Positions 18,153-28,681 of a DNA stretch of 64,000 nt are shown piece after piece. The position numbers and the translations under genes are program-made. Below the pieces are notes generated by a model that was not told the DNA's origin, did no database searches, and saw nothing but the letters and a program-made list of their open reading frames with translations. How positions within the stretch are numbered: position 1 is the first letter of the stretch; each line of letters begins with the position of its first letter. This stretch comes from an uncultured Candidatus Rokubacteria bacterium (lineage in GTDB: Bacteria > Methylomirabilota > Methylomirabilia > Rokubacteriales > DASRDR01), in assembly GCA_963805625.1 (NCBI GenBank), contig CAWDVE010000019.1:448001-512000 (forward strand), in the 5' to 3' direction.

Positions 18153-19598
18153 ATGCCCGCCAGACCGTCTGTGAGCTACAGCCTGACCGTTCGCGTCGAG
18201 ATCCGGAACCGCCCCGGGATGCTCGGCAGGGTCACCTCGGCCATCAGCCGGGCCGGTGGGGATATCGGGGCCATTGACCTGATCCAGCCCGGCGGAAAGG
18301 TCCGAACCCGGGACATCACCTTCAACGCGCGTGACGATCGTCACGGCCAGGGGATCGTCGCGGGCCTCGGCAGGATCCGCGGCGTCCGCGTCGTCCACGT
18401 GTCCGACCGGACCTTCCTCATGCACCTCGGCGGCAAGATCGAGGTGCGCGGCAAGGTGCCGGTGAAGACGCGCGACGATCTCTCGATGGCCTACACCCCC
18501 GGCGTCGCCAGGATCTGCCTGGCGATCCGCGATGACCCCGAGAAGGCGTACACGCTGACGATCAAGCAAAACTCGGTTGCGGTCGTCACCGACGGCACGG
18601 CGGTTCTGGGGCTGGGGGACATCGGCCCCAAAGCGGCGATGCCGGTGATGGAGGGCAAGGCCCTTCTCTTCAAGGCCTTCGCCGAGGTGGACGCGTTCCC
18701 GCTCTGCCTCGACACCAAGGACCCGGACGAGATCGTGCGGATCGTCCGCGCGGTGGCGCCGGGGTTCGGGGGGATCAACCTCGAGGACATCGCCGCCCCC
18801 CGCTGCTTCGAGATCGAGGAGCGTCTCCGGAAGGAGCTCGACATCCCGGTCTTTCACGACGACCAGCACGGGACGGCGGTAGTCGTGCTCGCCGCGCTCC
18901 TGAACGCCCTCAAGGTCGTGAAGAAGAAGATGAGCGACGTCCGCGTGGTCTTCGCGGGCGCCGGGGCGTCGGGCATTGCCACCGCTAGGCTCTTGATGGC
19001 GGTCGGATGCCGGCAGATCGTCGGCTGCGATCGAGAGGGGGCGCTCTACCGGGGTCGGGTCGAGCACATGAACCCCGTCAAGGTGTGGTTCGCCGAGCAC
19101 ACGAACCCCCGGCGTCTCCGCGGTAGCCTGGCCGACGCGCTCCGGGGCGCGGACGTCTTCATCGGTCTCTCGGGGCCCGGTGTCGCCACCCGGCGAGACA
19201 TCCGTCGGATGGCACGGGATCCCATCGTGTTCGCCATGGCGAACCCCACGCCGGAAGTCATGCCCGAAGAAGTCCGGGGCATCGTCCGGGTCATGGCGAC
19301 CGGACGATCCGACTATCCGAATCAGATCAACAACGTGCTCTGCTTTCCGGGGTTCTTCCGGGGGCTCCTAGACGTGCGCGCCCGTGGAGTCAACGAGGAG
19401 ATGAAGATCGCCGCCGCCCGGGCGATCGCCTCGATCGTCCGGCCGAGCGAGATCGAGGAGGACTACGTCATCCCTTCCGTGTTCGATCGACGGGTTGTGG
19501 AGGCTGTCGCCAACGGTGTGGCGCAGGCGGCCGGCCGGACCGGCGTCGCGCGCCGCCTCCGCCGCCGCGCGGTTCCGGCCGTCACGCCCGCGAGATGA
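18153..19598 (+). CDS. NAD(P)-dependent malic enzyme with N-terminal ACT domain
   Basis: NRPGML ACT start; AYTPGVA, VVTDGTAVLGLG, FHDDQHGT and ATGRSDYPNQINN. Confidence 0.93.
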   Translation: MPARPSVSYSLTVRVEIRNRPGMLGRVTSAISRAGGDIGAIDLIQPGGKVRTRDITFNARDDRHGQGIVAGLGRIRGVRVVHVSDRTFLMHLGGKIEVRGKVPVKTRDDLSMAYTPGVARICLAIRDDPEKAYTLTIKQNSVAVVTDGTAVLGLGDIGPKAAMPVMEGKALLFKAFAEVDAFPLCLDTKDPDEIVRIVRAVAPGFGGINLEDIAAPRCFEIEERLRKELDIPVFHDDQHGTAVVVLAALLNALKVVKKKMSDVRVVFAGAGASGIATARLLMAVGCRQIVGCDREGALYRGRVEHMNPVKVWFAEHTNPRRLRGSLADALRGADVFIGLSGPGVATRRDIRRMARDPIVFAMANPTPEVMPEEVRGIVRVMATGRSDYPNQINNVLCFPGFFRGLLDVRARGVNEEMKIAAARAIASIVRPSEIEEDYVIPSVFDRRVVEAVANGVAQAAGRTGVARRLRRRAVPAVTPAR

Positions 19599-19700
19599 GC
19601 CCGAACCGGGGGGCGATGGCGCACGGCGATCGCTCCCGGCCCTCTTGCGGCCGGGCTCCGACTGGACGGTCACCGTGCGGACCAGCCGAAGCTCAAGACG

Positions 19701-20534
19701 CTACGGTCCCATCGAGCTTCGGAGGAACGCGAGAACCTCGACGGACCAGATGTGCGCGCCGCGCGTGCATAGCTCATGACCATCCTGCGCACTGATCCCG
19801 AACGTAGGGAGAATGAGAAGCTTGAACGGCTTGCCTTGCTTCTCCAGTTCCTTCGTGAGTGACCGACTGGGCTCCAGGTCATAGTCATTCTGAGCCTGGA
19901 CGAACATGATGGGGATTGTTGCTTGTCGCACGGCTTTCCGTAGCCGATCACGGAGGGCAAACGAGTGCTTCCACGTTTGGGCGGCCGCGGCAAACGCGAT
20001 TGCGGCGCGCGCTCCGTGCCCCTGCTCGGCGGCCAGGAGGGTTTGGATCCCGCCAAACGAGCAGCCCGCGATGGCGATCCGACTATCGTCGACGTAGGGA
20101 AGTGCGCGCACGAAGGCCAGCGCCGCGAGCTGGTCTTGGAGATGCTCTTCCTGCAGTGAAACCAGCCGTCGGCTCCAAGCATCGGGGCCGCGCTGCTCCA
20201 TTTCCCGGCGAAGTAGATCCATGATGTAGTCGCCGGGTGACCTTCCCTGGCCGCGGCGATGCGGGACGAAGAGGACATGGCCCGCCGCCGTGAACACCGG
20301 GGCCAGTGCGGGCAACCAACCGGGGCGCTGCTCACTCCCGTGGTTCCACAGCACGACTGGAAACCGAGCGGATCCTTCGGGCTTGTGGATGAAACCCCGC
20401 AGCGTGAGCGTGCCGCTCTCGAACGTGACCTCTTCAGGCGGTCCGGCCCCTGCCTGCTGAGCCTGGGCAGCGGGCGGCGCGAAGGGGCAACCCAGAATCA
20501 AGACGGCGACGAGAGCGGCCCGAGCCGCCTTCAT
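19701..20534 (-). CDS. Secreted dienelactone-hydrolase-like alpha/beta hydrolase
   Basis: Signal peptide; WNHGS, PHRRGQG, GCSFGG, QAQNDY and DGH. Confidence 0.8.
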   Translation of the reverse strand: MKAARAALVAVLILGCPFAPPAAQAQQAGAGPPEEVTFESGTLTLRGFIHKPEGSARFPVVLWNHGSEQRPGWLPALAPVFTAAGHVLFVPHRRGQGRSPGDYIMDLLRREMEQRGPDAWSRRLVSLQEEHLQDQLAALAFVRALPYVDDSRIAIAGCSFGGIQTLLAAEQGHGARAAIAFAAAAQTWKHSFALRDRLRKAVRQATIPIMFVQAQNDYDLEPSRSLTKELEKQGKPFKLLILPTFGISAQDGHELCTRGAHIWSVEVLAFLRSSMGP

Positions 20535-20681
20535 GCTCCCCTCCTCTGGAAAACTCCGGCGAAACGCTGCAACAGCATAGCTCTGGTCGTGCCTGGCAGA
20601 AAGCTTCTCCCGGAAGCTGCGCCGGCGGAACGGGGACTTACCGGCGAGGAGCATCCGCAGGGCGACTTCGAGCCGCTGCTC

Positions 20682-21875
20682 TCAGGCCGGGCGGGTCGAT
20701 GGGGAGCCCGTTTGCGCCCTGATCGACGCGGCGAGGAGCGCGGCGGCTGCCATACCCAGCAACGGGCCCGCGGTCACGAGGATCGCCGTCCAGCCGTGCC
20801 GGTGCAGCAGCTGTCCGGACGACAGCGAGGTCACCGCGACCGTCGCCCAGATCAGGAAGTCGTTGGCCGCCTGAGCCTTTGTCCGCTCGCCGGGCGTGTA
20901 GGTCCGGGTCACCAGGGTGGAGCCTCCGACGAACATGAGGTTCCAGCCCACGCCGACCAGCAAGAGCGCCAGCCAGAAGTGCCATACCGTAGAGCCGGAG
21001 AAGCCCGCCGCGAGGCTTCCCGCATTGACCGCGATCCCGATCGCAATCGTCGCGCGCTCCCCGATTCGCTGGATGAGCGAGCCCGTGAAGAACCCGGGGA
21101 GGAACATGCCGACGAGGTGCCACTCGATGACGAAGGCCGCGTCCCGGAGGCCGTGGCCGTGGTGGGCCACCATGGCCAGCGGCGTGCCGGTCATGAGGAG
21201 ATTCATCACGCCGTAACCGGCCATCTCGCTGGCGACGGCCACCAGGAAGAGAGGCTGACGGACGATCGTGACGACGCTGCGCGCCATGCCCGCGACCCGA
21301 GACTCGACGGCCTCCGGGAGGCGGAGCCCCAGCATGAGTCCCATGCTCGCCAGGGCGAGGAGCGGGATGCACAGAAAGGACGCGACGAACCGCGTGCCCA
21401 GGAGATCCGCGGTCGAGCCTGCCAGCTGGGGCCCGATGAAACCCGCCAGGAGGCCGCCGGCGAGGACGAGCGAGATCGCGCGGCCGCGGCGCTCCGACGT
21501 GACGGCCTCGGCCGCGGCGAAGCGGTAGAGCTGGGCGAAGGCCGACGAGACACCCATGAGGAAGCCGCCAGCGGTGAGGAGCCAGAAGCTCTGGGTCACG
21601 ACGGCCCAGGCCCCCACGAGGCCGCCGGCCATCGTGAAGGCGCTTCCCACGATGAACCCGAGCCGGCGCCCCACGCGGCGCATGATGAGCGAGGCCGGGA
21701 TCGTGCCGAGGGCGGTGCCCACCGTGAGCGCGGTCGCCGGCAGCGTGGCGAGGGCCTTGTTGGCGGCGAGCGCGTGCCCCGCGAGGGTGCCGATGGTTGC
21801 CATCAGCGCGGCGGTGCTGATGAAGGCGGCCTGACAGAACGCGAGGAGGAGGACGTTCCGGCGGCTTCGGTCCAC
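20682..21875 (-). CDS. MFS transporter
   Basis: About 12 hydrophobic segments; RRVGRRLG and YRFAAAE motifs; start uncertain. Confidence 0.85.
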   Translation of the reverse strand: MDRSRRNVLLLAFCQAAFISTAALMATIGTLAGHALAANKALATLPATALTVGTALGTIPASLIMRRVGRRLGFIVGSAFTMAGGLVGAWAVVTQSFWLLTAGGFLMGVSSAFAQLYRFAAAEAVTSERRGRAISLVLAGGLLAGFIGPQLAGSTADLLGTRFVASFLCIPLLALASMGLMLGLRLPEAVESRVAGMARSVVTIVRQPLFLVAVASEMAGYGVMNLLMTGTPLAMVAHHGHGLRDAAFVIEWHLVGMFLPGFFTGSLIQRIGERATIAIGIAVNAGSLAAGFSGSTVWHFWLALLLVGVGWNLMFVGGSTLVTRTYTPGERTKAQAANDFLIWATVAVTSLSSGQLLHRHGWTAILVTAGPLLGMAAAALLAASIRAQTGSPSTRPA

Positions 21876-21982
21876 GGGGCTCTCTTGTACCACAAGTGTG
21901 TCGTCTGGGACGGCGCACACTCGCGGTATGATCGGGCGTTGGATGACGGGGCGATGGAGAGTGTGAGCGGGGAGGAGGAAGG

Positions 21983-22777
21983 GTGACGGTGACGACCGGC
22001 GTCGGGGGCGGGATCCTGCTGGAGCGCGACGGGCGCGTGGCGATTCTCACGGTCAATCGCGCTGAGGCGCGGAACGCGATGACGTTCGAGATGTACGATG
22101 CGCTCCACGACCACATGGAGCGCCTCGACGCCGACGCCGACGTCCGCGTGATCGTGCTGCGCGGGGCGGGCGACAAGGCGTTCGTCAGTGGCACCGACAT
22201 CCGCCAGTTCCTCGAGTTCCGGACGCGCGAGCACGCCGTCGCCTACGAGGCCCGCATAGGTCGTGTTCTCCGACGGATTCACGGGATGGCCAAGCCGACG
22301 ATCGCGATGGTGCAGGGAGACGCGGTAGGAGGCGGCCTGTTCATGTCCCTCGCGTGCGACCTCCGGCTGGCCGCGGTCCACGCGCGCTTCGGGGCGCCGG
22401 TGGCGCGCACCCTCGGGAACTGCCCCGCGCCGTCGAGCGTGTCGCTGCTGGCCGCCACCGTCGGACCAATCCGGGCGCGGGAGCTCATGCTGACCGCCCG
22501 GCTCGTCGACGCCCCGGAGGCGAAGGCGCTCGGGCTCGTCGACGAGGTGCACCCGGCCGACGCGCTCGAGCGACGCGTCCGCGAGCTGGCGGCGCAGATC
22601 GCGACGTTCGCGCCGCTCACCCTCGCCGCGGCCAAGGAGGCGACGCGCCGCATCCTCGCGGCGTTCACCGTGAAGGACGCCGAGGATCTCCTCCTCTCCT
22701 GCTACCTGAGCGAGGACTTCCAGGAGGGCGTCCGGGCGTTCCTCGAGAAGCGGCGCGCGGAGTGGAAGGGCCGCTGA
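21983..22777 (+). CDS. Enoyl-CoA hydratase/isomerase family protein
   Basis: RNAM, AFVSGTDI, KPTIAMVQG.AVGGG and DFQEGVRAFLEKR. Confidence 0.9.
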   Translation: MTVTTGVGGGILLERDGRVAILTVNRAEARNAMTFEMYDALHDHMERLDADADVRVIVLRGAGDKAFVSGTDIRQFLEFRTREHAVAYEARIGRVLRRIHGMAKPTIAMVQGDAVGGGLFMSLACDLRLAAVHARFGAPVARTLGNCPAPSSVSLLAATVGPIRARELMLTARLVDAPEAKALGLVDEVHPADALERRVRELAAQIATFAPLTLAAAKEATRRILAAFTVKDAEDLLLSCYLSEDFQEGVRAFLEKRRAEWKGR

Positions 22778-22824
22778 CGCCCTCACCGCCGGTGGCCACG
22801 ACCCACCGGGCGCGACCCGGCGGG

Positions 22825-23973
22825 ATGGCGGTGGACGTCGCGGTCGTGGGCGCGGGGCCCGCGGGCGCCACGGCGGCGCTCGTCCTCGCGCGGGCGGGAG
22901 TCGAGGTGGCCCTCCTCGATCGGGCTCCGCTTCCCCGGGACAAGACGTGCGGGGGCGGGGTCGTCGCGCGCGCGCTCGGATCGCTGCCGTCCGGTGTCGG
23001 GATTCCCGTCGAGCGGCGCCTCGCGCGGGTCGAATCGCGCTTCGCGGACGCGGGCGTCGCCGTCACCGTCGAGCGAGAAACGCCGCTCGTCCACATGGCC
23101 ATGCGCGCGCCGCTCGACCTCGCGCTCGCCGAGGCCGCGCGTGCCGCTGGCGCGGCGCTCCACGCCCCGTGCGCCCTGGAGCGCGTTGGTCTCGCGCCGG
23201 ATCACGTCCAGCTCGAGACGAGCCGCGGGCCCTTCCGTGCCCGGTTCCTGGTCGCGGCCGACGGCGCCACGGGCCCAACCGCCCGCGCGACAGGCTGGAC
23301 CGAGCCCTTGGCCTCGGTGCCCGCCCTCGACGCCGAGGTGGAGGTGCCGCCCCGCGTCCTCGCGCGCTTCGCCGACCGCGCCCGGTTCGATCTCGGCACT
23401 CCGGCCGGCGGCTACGGGTGGATCTTCCCCAAGGCGGACCATCTCTCGGTGGGCGTCGGCGTCTTCACGCGGGGCGGGGCGCGGCGCCGGCTCCGAGATG
23501 AGCTCGTCCGTTACCTCCACGCCGTCGGACTCGGCGAGGCGACCGTGCGTCGGGTCCGCGGGGCGCCCATCCCCGTGCGACCCCGCCGGGACGCCGCCCG
23601 CGGTCGGGTGCTCCTCGCCGGCGACGCCGCCGGTCTCGCGGATCCGCTCACGGGCGAGGGGATCTCCGTCGCGATCCTGAGCGGCTGCCTCGCCGCCGAA
23701 TCGCTGCTCGCGACCCGGCTCGACTCCCGGAGCGCAGCCCGCGTCTATGTCGCGTCGCTCCAGCGGAGCATCCTCCGCGATCTTCGCATTGCGCGGGGCC
23801 TGGCGTGGGTGCTCTACGGTCGGCCGGCTCTCGCGCGCCGCCTCGTGCCGCGTCTCGGCCAGCTTGCCGGAGAGGCGCTGACCGAGGTCGTGGCCGGCCG
23901 CCGCACCTACCGCGCCCTGGTCGGCAGCGGCCGGGCCTGGCGGCGGCTTCTGGCGGCGCTCGCGATTCGCTGA
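22825..23973 (+). CDS. Geranylgeranyl-reductase-family FAD oxidoreductase
   Basis: GAGPAG, PRDKTCGG, GYGWIFPK and GDAAGLADPLTGEGI. Confidence 0.88.
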   Translation: MAVDVAVVGAGPAGATAALVLARAGVEVALLDRAPLPRDKTCGGGVVARALGSLPSGVGIPVERRLARVESRFADAGVAVTVERETPLVHMAMRAPLDLALAEAARAAGAALHAPCALERVGLAPDHVQLETSRGPFRARFLVAADGATGPTARATGWTEPLASVPALDAEVEVPPRVLARFADRARFDLGTPAGGYGWIFPKADHLSVGVGVFTRGGARRRLRDELVRYLHAVGLGEATVRRVRGAPIPVRPRRDAARGRVLLAGDAAGLADPLTGEGISVAILSGCLAAESLLATRLDSRSAARVYVASLQRSILRDLRIARGLAWVLYGRPALARRLVPRLGQLAGEALTEVVAGRRTYRALVGSGRAWRRLLAALAIR

Positions 23974-24002
23974 CCCCTCTCCCAACATCCGGAGGTCATC
24001 CG

Positions 24003-24722
24003 ATGACAGAAGCTCCCGTGGTTCCCGCCGAGAAGCTCGCGCAGCTTGGCCGCTTCCCGACCCAGACCCTGATCGACGCGCTGTGGGTCAAGCAGTGGCC
24101 TCCGGCGATGATCCACGGCGCCCGGCCGCTCTTCCCGGGCCGGAAGATGGCCGGACGCGCGGTCACCCTCCGGTTCGTGCCCCACCGGCCGGACGTGGCG
24201 GCCGACAAGCCTAAGGGGGAGGCGTCCCCGGAATACGTCGCCTTCGAGCTGTGCGGCCCGCACGACGTGCTGGTGGCGTCGTCGGTTGGGCCGTGGGAGT
24301 CGATCGGCGGCGACATCAAGCTCCTGCGGCTGTTCCAGCGCCAGATCGCCGGGCTCGTCACGGACGGCTCCGTGCGCGACAGCGAGATCCTCCGGACGTA
24401 CGGCTTTCCCGTGTACTGCCACTCGACGACCGCCAAACAGGGGCCGGCCGTGCACTGGCCCTGGGGCGTGAACGAGGTGATCGCCTGTGGCGGGATCGCC
24501 GTCCGCCCGGGCGACGCCGTCGTCGGCGACAACGACGGCGTCGTGGTCGTACCGGCGCCGCTGGTGGACGAGGTCATCAAGGTCGCGTCCGAGCGGGAGT
24601 CCGTGGAGCGGGTGATCAAGAAGGAGCTCGAGCGCCACCCGGGGTCCCCGGGGCGCTACTACCCCTTCAACGAGGCGACCTGGAAGCTCTACGAGGAGTA
24701 CAAGCGCCGCGGCGAGGCCTGA
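24003..24722 (+). CDS. RraA-like / HMG-CHA aldolase family protein
   Basis: GRAVTLRF, VTDGSVRD and VRPGDAVVGDNDGVVVVP. Confidence 0.85.
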   Translation: MTEAPVVPAEKLAQLGRFPTQTLIDALWVKQWPPAMIHGARPLFPGRKMAGRAVTLRFVPHRPDVAADKPKGEASPEYVAFELCGPHDVLVASSVGPWESIGGDIKLLRLFQRQIAGLVTDGSVRDSEILRTYGFPVYCHSTTAKQGPAVHWPWGVNEVIACGGIAVRPGDAVVGDNDGVVVVPAPLVDEVIKVASERESVERVIKKELERHPGSPGRYYPFNEATWKLYEEYKRRGEA

Positions 24723-24774
24723 GCATCTCCGCGCGGTCGGCGCCGTCAGACCCGTTCACGCGACGACACCTTGG

Positions 24775-25166
24775 GAGGATGAGCCCGTCTCCGACCGGGT
24801 TCCCTGCCAGCACGAACACGATGGGAATCGAGGCGGTGGCTTTGCGGACAGCCAGCGCCGCCGCCGTGCTCGGCGCAACGATCACGTCGACCTGGAGGCG
24901 AACCAGCCCGGACGCGAGGTCGGGGAAGCGCTCGACCGCCCCTCCGCATAGCGGTACTCGATGGCGATGTTCCGACCTTCGACATACCCGAGGCCTCGGA
25001 GACCTTGGCGGAACGCATCCGCACTTGGCAGTGGGTCGCCCTCCGTCCCGCCGACAAGGAACCCGATGCGTGGGATCTTCGCCCCCGGCTGTGCCTCCGC
25101 GCTGAGCGGGATGGTGAGCAGACCGACGGCCAGGACCATCGCGCGGACTGGCCGTGGAGCAGTCAT
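24775..25166 (-). pseudogene. Truncated, frameshifted ABC substrate-binding protein (PF04392 type)
   Basis: AQPGAKIPRIGFL...LGYVEGRNIAIEYRYAEG, then a shift to VERFPDLA...ATASIPIVF...NPVGDGLI, then it stops. Confidence 0.8.
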
Positions 25167-25506
25167 GGGAGTCTCCAGCGTGGTCTGGTACTTGGACCTG
25201 CGGACGCCATGCCTCAGGGGCGCCTACGCGACGACACCGAGGCAAAGTCCGACAGACGGACCACGACGGTGGGTGACGTCGTCGTGGACGTCGGCAGCGA
25301 GCGCGCTGGCGATCAGGGGCTGTACTTCAGCTGGACGGCCGCGGGACGGCCGCGGCGTTCGCGACGGGTGCGCGTAGGACGTGCTCGTCGCCCTCCAGCA
25401 AGCCGCATCCCGCCGGGTCGGCGCCTTTCGGCTGCCGACCCGGCGATCGACCGCAGTTCCCGCCCCCGACCCGTCGGTGCCCCGTCGGGCCGAGGCGAAG
25501 GCTCCT

Positions 25507-26811
25507 CTAATCCTTGTACTTCGCCCAGATGGCGACCAGCTTCTGACGCGCCTCGTCGGCGGCCTTCTCGGGCTCCCAGTTCTCGACGAGGACCCGCGCC
25601 GCCATGTCCGGCAGCACGTAGGTGTTCGTGGCCTCGCCGAAGCCGGCGTGCGGGGGGCCGGAATACGAGATGAGCTGGCCGGTCTGGGCCAGCTTGTTGT
25701 ACTCGGCGTAGATGCCGGTGTTCCACAGGGGATCCTTGGCGATGTCCTTGTAGACCGGCAGCCAGCGGCCCGTCAGCGCCTTGATGAACGTCTCGTAGCG
25801 CTTCGGCTGCATCGTGTAGGCGAGGCACGCCTTGGCTTCCTCGGGAAACTTGGTCTGCTTGAACGCGCCGAAGCACCACGCGTCCACCACGCTCTTCCCC
25901 GGGCTCGGGTAAAGCTTCGTCCGCTTGGCCAGATCCGGCTTCTCCTGCAGGAGCCAGGACATGACACTGGCGGGGTTGTGAATGAACACCGCCTGCTCCG
26001 ACTGGAAGGCCTTGTTGTTGCCGGTGTCATCCCAGTTGATCGCGCCCTGGGGGATGATCTTGTCGTCCTTGTACCACTTCTTCATCAGCTGGAGGACCTT
26101 GGCCACCGGCCCGACCTGGAAGTCCAGGTTGCCGTCGTCGTTCTCCATCTTGCCGCCCATCTCCCACAGGACCGGCATGAAGTTGTCCTCGAAGTCGCCG
26201 CCGCTCCGGCCGACGGCCATGCCGTACCCGACGAGTTGAGGCGGCTTCTGGAGCTTCTTCGCCACCGCGCCCAGCTCGACCCACGTCTTCGGGAACTGCT
26301 TGATGCCCGCCGCGTCCAGAAGATCCTGGCGGGCGTGGATGGGCCAGGGGTTCATCACGGTGGGCACCGACCAGTACTTCCCCTTGTGCCTGACCGTCAT
26401 GAGCGCTGCATCGAACATGCCCCCGCCGAGCTTCGTGAGGGGCTCGACCACGTCGGTGACGTCCAGCAGGCTGCCCTTGCCCCGGTAGTAGGCAGTGTCC
26501 GCGTCGTACAGGAAGGAGATGTCTGGCGGAGCGCCCGCCTCGAGGGCCGCCGGCAGCTTCTCGATCAGGGTGTTGTAGGCCATGATCTGGAAGTCGATGT
26601 CGACGTTGTGCTCTTTCCCGTAGCTCTCGTACAGGCCCTTCAGCGCCGCATCGGCCTGCTTGGTGAAGCTCGACTGGGTCCAGATGGTCAGCTTGGGCTT
26701 GGCCTTCCCGGTCTGCGCTGACGCCGCGGGCGCGGCCGCCAGCGTGCCGCCGGCCACCACCAGCTTGACGAACTGCCGACGACCGAGCCCATTCTCTCGA
26801 GGTTCCGACAT
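25507..26811 (-). CDS. Carbohydrate (CUT1) ABC substrate-binding protein with Tat-like signal
   Basis: GRRQFVK signal; GAPPDI and WDDTGNNKAF; RBS aaggagg. Confidence 0.88.
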   Translation of the reverse strand: MSEPRENGLGRRQFVKLVVAGGTLAAAPAASAQTGKAKPKLTIWTQSSFTKQADAALKGLYESYGKEHNVDIDFQIMAYNTLIEKLPAALEAGAPPDISFLYDADTAYYRGKGSLLDVTDVVEPLTKLGGGMFDAALMTVRHKGKYWSVPTVMNPWPIHARQDLLDAAGIKQFPKTWVELGAVAKKLQKPPQLVGYGMAVGRSGGDFEDNFMPVLWEMGGKMENDDGNLDFQVGPVAKVLQLMKKWYKDDKIIPQGAINWDDTGNNKAFQSEQAVFIHNPASVMSWLLQEKPDLAKRTKLYPSPGKSVVDAWCFGAFKQTKFPEEAKACLAYTMQPKRYETFIKALTGRWLPVYKDIAKDPLWNTGIYAEYNKLAQTGQLISYSGPPHAGFGEATNTYVLPDMAARVLVENWEPEKAADEARQKLVAIWAKYKD

Positions 26812-26933
26812 GGGAGTTTCCTCCTTCCCACTGCGTTGACGACTCGACTGAGCGGTTCCTTCCTCTCGCCTCGTCCCCGGCGCTCCGATTATAGCTCTGA
26901 CTGGCCGCGAGGTGGGCAGGGCCCACGCGTCCG

Positions 26934-27776
26934 CTACGCCTTCACGCCGCCCATGGTCAGGCCACCGACGACCCAGCGCTGGCCCACGAGGTACAGAATC
27001 ACCGGCGGCAGCGACATCACGATGGCGCCGGCGAACATCTTTCCCCAGAAGTAGACGTCCTCGCCCACGAACGTGGCGATTCCTGCCGTCACCGTCTGGT
27101 CGACTGGATTGGTGACGAGCACGATCGCGTAGAGGAACTCGTTCCACGAGAGCGTGAAGGAGAACAGCGTGGTGACCACCAGGGCGGGTGCCGCGAGCGG
27201 CAGGGTGATCCGCCAGAGCGCCCCCACGTGGCTGCACCCGTCCACCATGGCCGCCTCCTCCAGTTCGACCGGCAGCGTCCGGAAGTAGCCGATGAGGAGC
27301 CAGGTGCAGAAGGGAACGGTGAAGGTCAGGTATGCGAACAGGAGCGAATTGGTGTTGCCGACGAGGCCGAGGGTCTGCACGAGACTGAACAGGGGGATGA
27401 ACAGCACCGAGGCGGGCACCAGGTAGCTCCAGATCAGAAAGCGTGCGATGAGCTGGCGTCCCCGGAACTTGAGGCGGGTGATCGCGTACGCGGCCGTGCA
27501 GCCGACGACCGCCGACACGACGGTCGTGATCGTCGAGACGTAGAAGCTGTTCCGAAGCTGCCGCAGAAACGGCGAGTCCCAGAAGAGCTCCCGGAAGTGC
27601 GCGAAGGTGATCGGATTGGGGAAGAGGCTCAGCACCGGGCTGTAGAGCTTCTCGTTGGTCGAGAACGCGGTGACGAGGATCCAGTAGATCGGGGCCAGCG
27701 ACCAGAACAGCATGATGGCCAGCGGCGCCCAGATGAAGAAGGCCTTGACGGGATTGCGCTTCGCTCTGCGTGGCAT
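26934..27776 (-). CDS. Carbohydrate ABC permease (MalG-like)
   Basis: EAA motif ELEEAAMVDG; WNEFLYA; C-terminal GGVKA. Confidence 0.92.
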   Translation of the reverse strand: MPRRAKRNPVKAFFIWAPLAIMLFWSLAPIYWILVTAFSTNEKLYSPVLSLFPNPITFAHFRELFWDSPFLRQLRNSFYVSTITTVVSAVVGCTAAYAITRLKFRGRQLIARFLIWSYLVPASVLFIPLFSLVQTLGLVGNTNSLLFAYLTFTVPFCTWLLIGYFRTLPVELEEAAMVDGCSHVGALWRITLPLAAPALVVTTLFSFTLSWNEFLYAIVLVTNPVDQTVTAGIATFVGEDVYFWGKMFAGAIVMSLPPVILYLVGQRWVVGGLTMGGVKA

Positions 27777-27778
27777 CC

Positions 27779-28681
27779 TCACTCCTCGGTCCGCAGCATG
27801 CGGCGGGTCAGAAAGAAGATCAGGACCAGGAACAGGGGAAAGAAGCTCAGCGCCACCGCCGCGCCCATCCCCAGCGCCTTGGCGCCGATGGCCTGGGAAT
27901 ACGCCATCATGGGGAACGTCTCGGAGGCGTGGCCCGGGCCGCCCTTCGTCAGGACGAACACCCACTGCAGCTCGGTAGCGGTCCAGATCGCGGAGAGCAA
28001 GGTCGTGATGATGATGACGTTGCTGAGACCGGGAAGGGTGATGTGGAAGAAGCACTGGATCGCGTTGGCGCCGTCGATCTTGGCCGCTTCGTACAGCTCG
28101 GCCGGAATCACCGCCAGCCCCGCCAGGAAATTCATCGTGTAGAAGGGCGTGCCCTCCCACACCACGGCGGCCACGATCATCCAGATGGCGAGCTTGGGAT
28201 CGCCCAGCCAGACGACGTAGGTCTCGATGATCCCCAGCTGGCCGAGCACCATGTTGAGCACGCCGTTCATGTCGTCGAGGATCCAGCGCCAGCTGAAGCC
28301 CGACACGACGATCGGAATGGTCCACGGGAAGAACAGCAGTGCGCGCCATAGCTCGCGGTACTTGATCCCCTCGTTCAGGATGAGAGCCAGCATCAGGCCG
28401 GCGAGGAACTTGAGACCCACCCCCACGACCATGACGATCAGCGTGTTCCGAATCACCTGATAGAAGGTGGGGCTGCCCCACAGCGTGAGGAAGTTCTGAA
28501 AACCGACGAAGGTGCCGGGCGCGCCGATGGGCTTGTTCTGGAGGCTGAGGTAGATGGCGTAGAGGAACGGATAGGCGATCAGGCCCACTAGGACGGCGAT
28601 CGCCGGCAGCAACAGCAGGTAGCCGAGGATCCAGTCCCGGCCCATCACGTCCCGCAGCCGGCGGCGCGGCACCGCTACCAT
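27779..28681 (-). CDS. Carbohydrate ABC permease (MalF-like)
   Basis: FVGFQNF and ELYEAAKIDGA. Confidence 0.92.
   Translation of the reverse strand: MVAVPRRRLRDVMGRDWILGYLLLLPAIAVLVGLIAYPFLYAIYLSLQNKPIGAPGTFVGFQNFLTLWGSPTFYQVIRNTLIVMVVGVGLKFLAGLMLALILNEGIKYRELWRALLFFPWTIPIVVSGFSWRWILDDMNGVLNMVLGQLGIIETYVVWLGDPKLAIWMIVAAVVWEGTPFYTMNFLAGLAVIPAELYEAAKIDGANAIQCFFHITLPGLSNVIIITTLLSAIWTATELQWVFVLTKGGPGHASETFPMMAYSQAIGAKALGMGAAVALSFFPLFLVLIFFLTRRMLRTEE

Noticed and set aside
25167-25506. Possible small ORF or gene fragment (DVVVDVGSERAGDQGLYFSWT)
   Set aside because: It has no start or RBS and no recognisable family, and is too short to support
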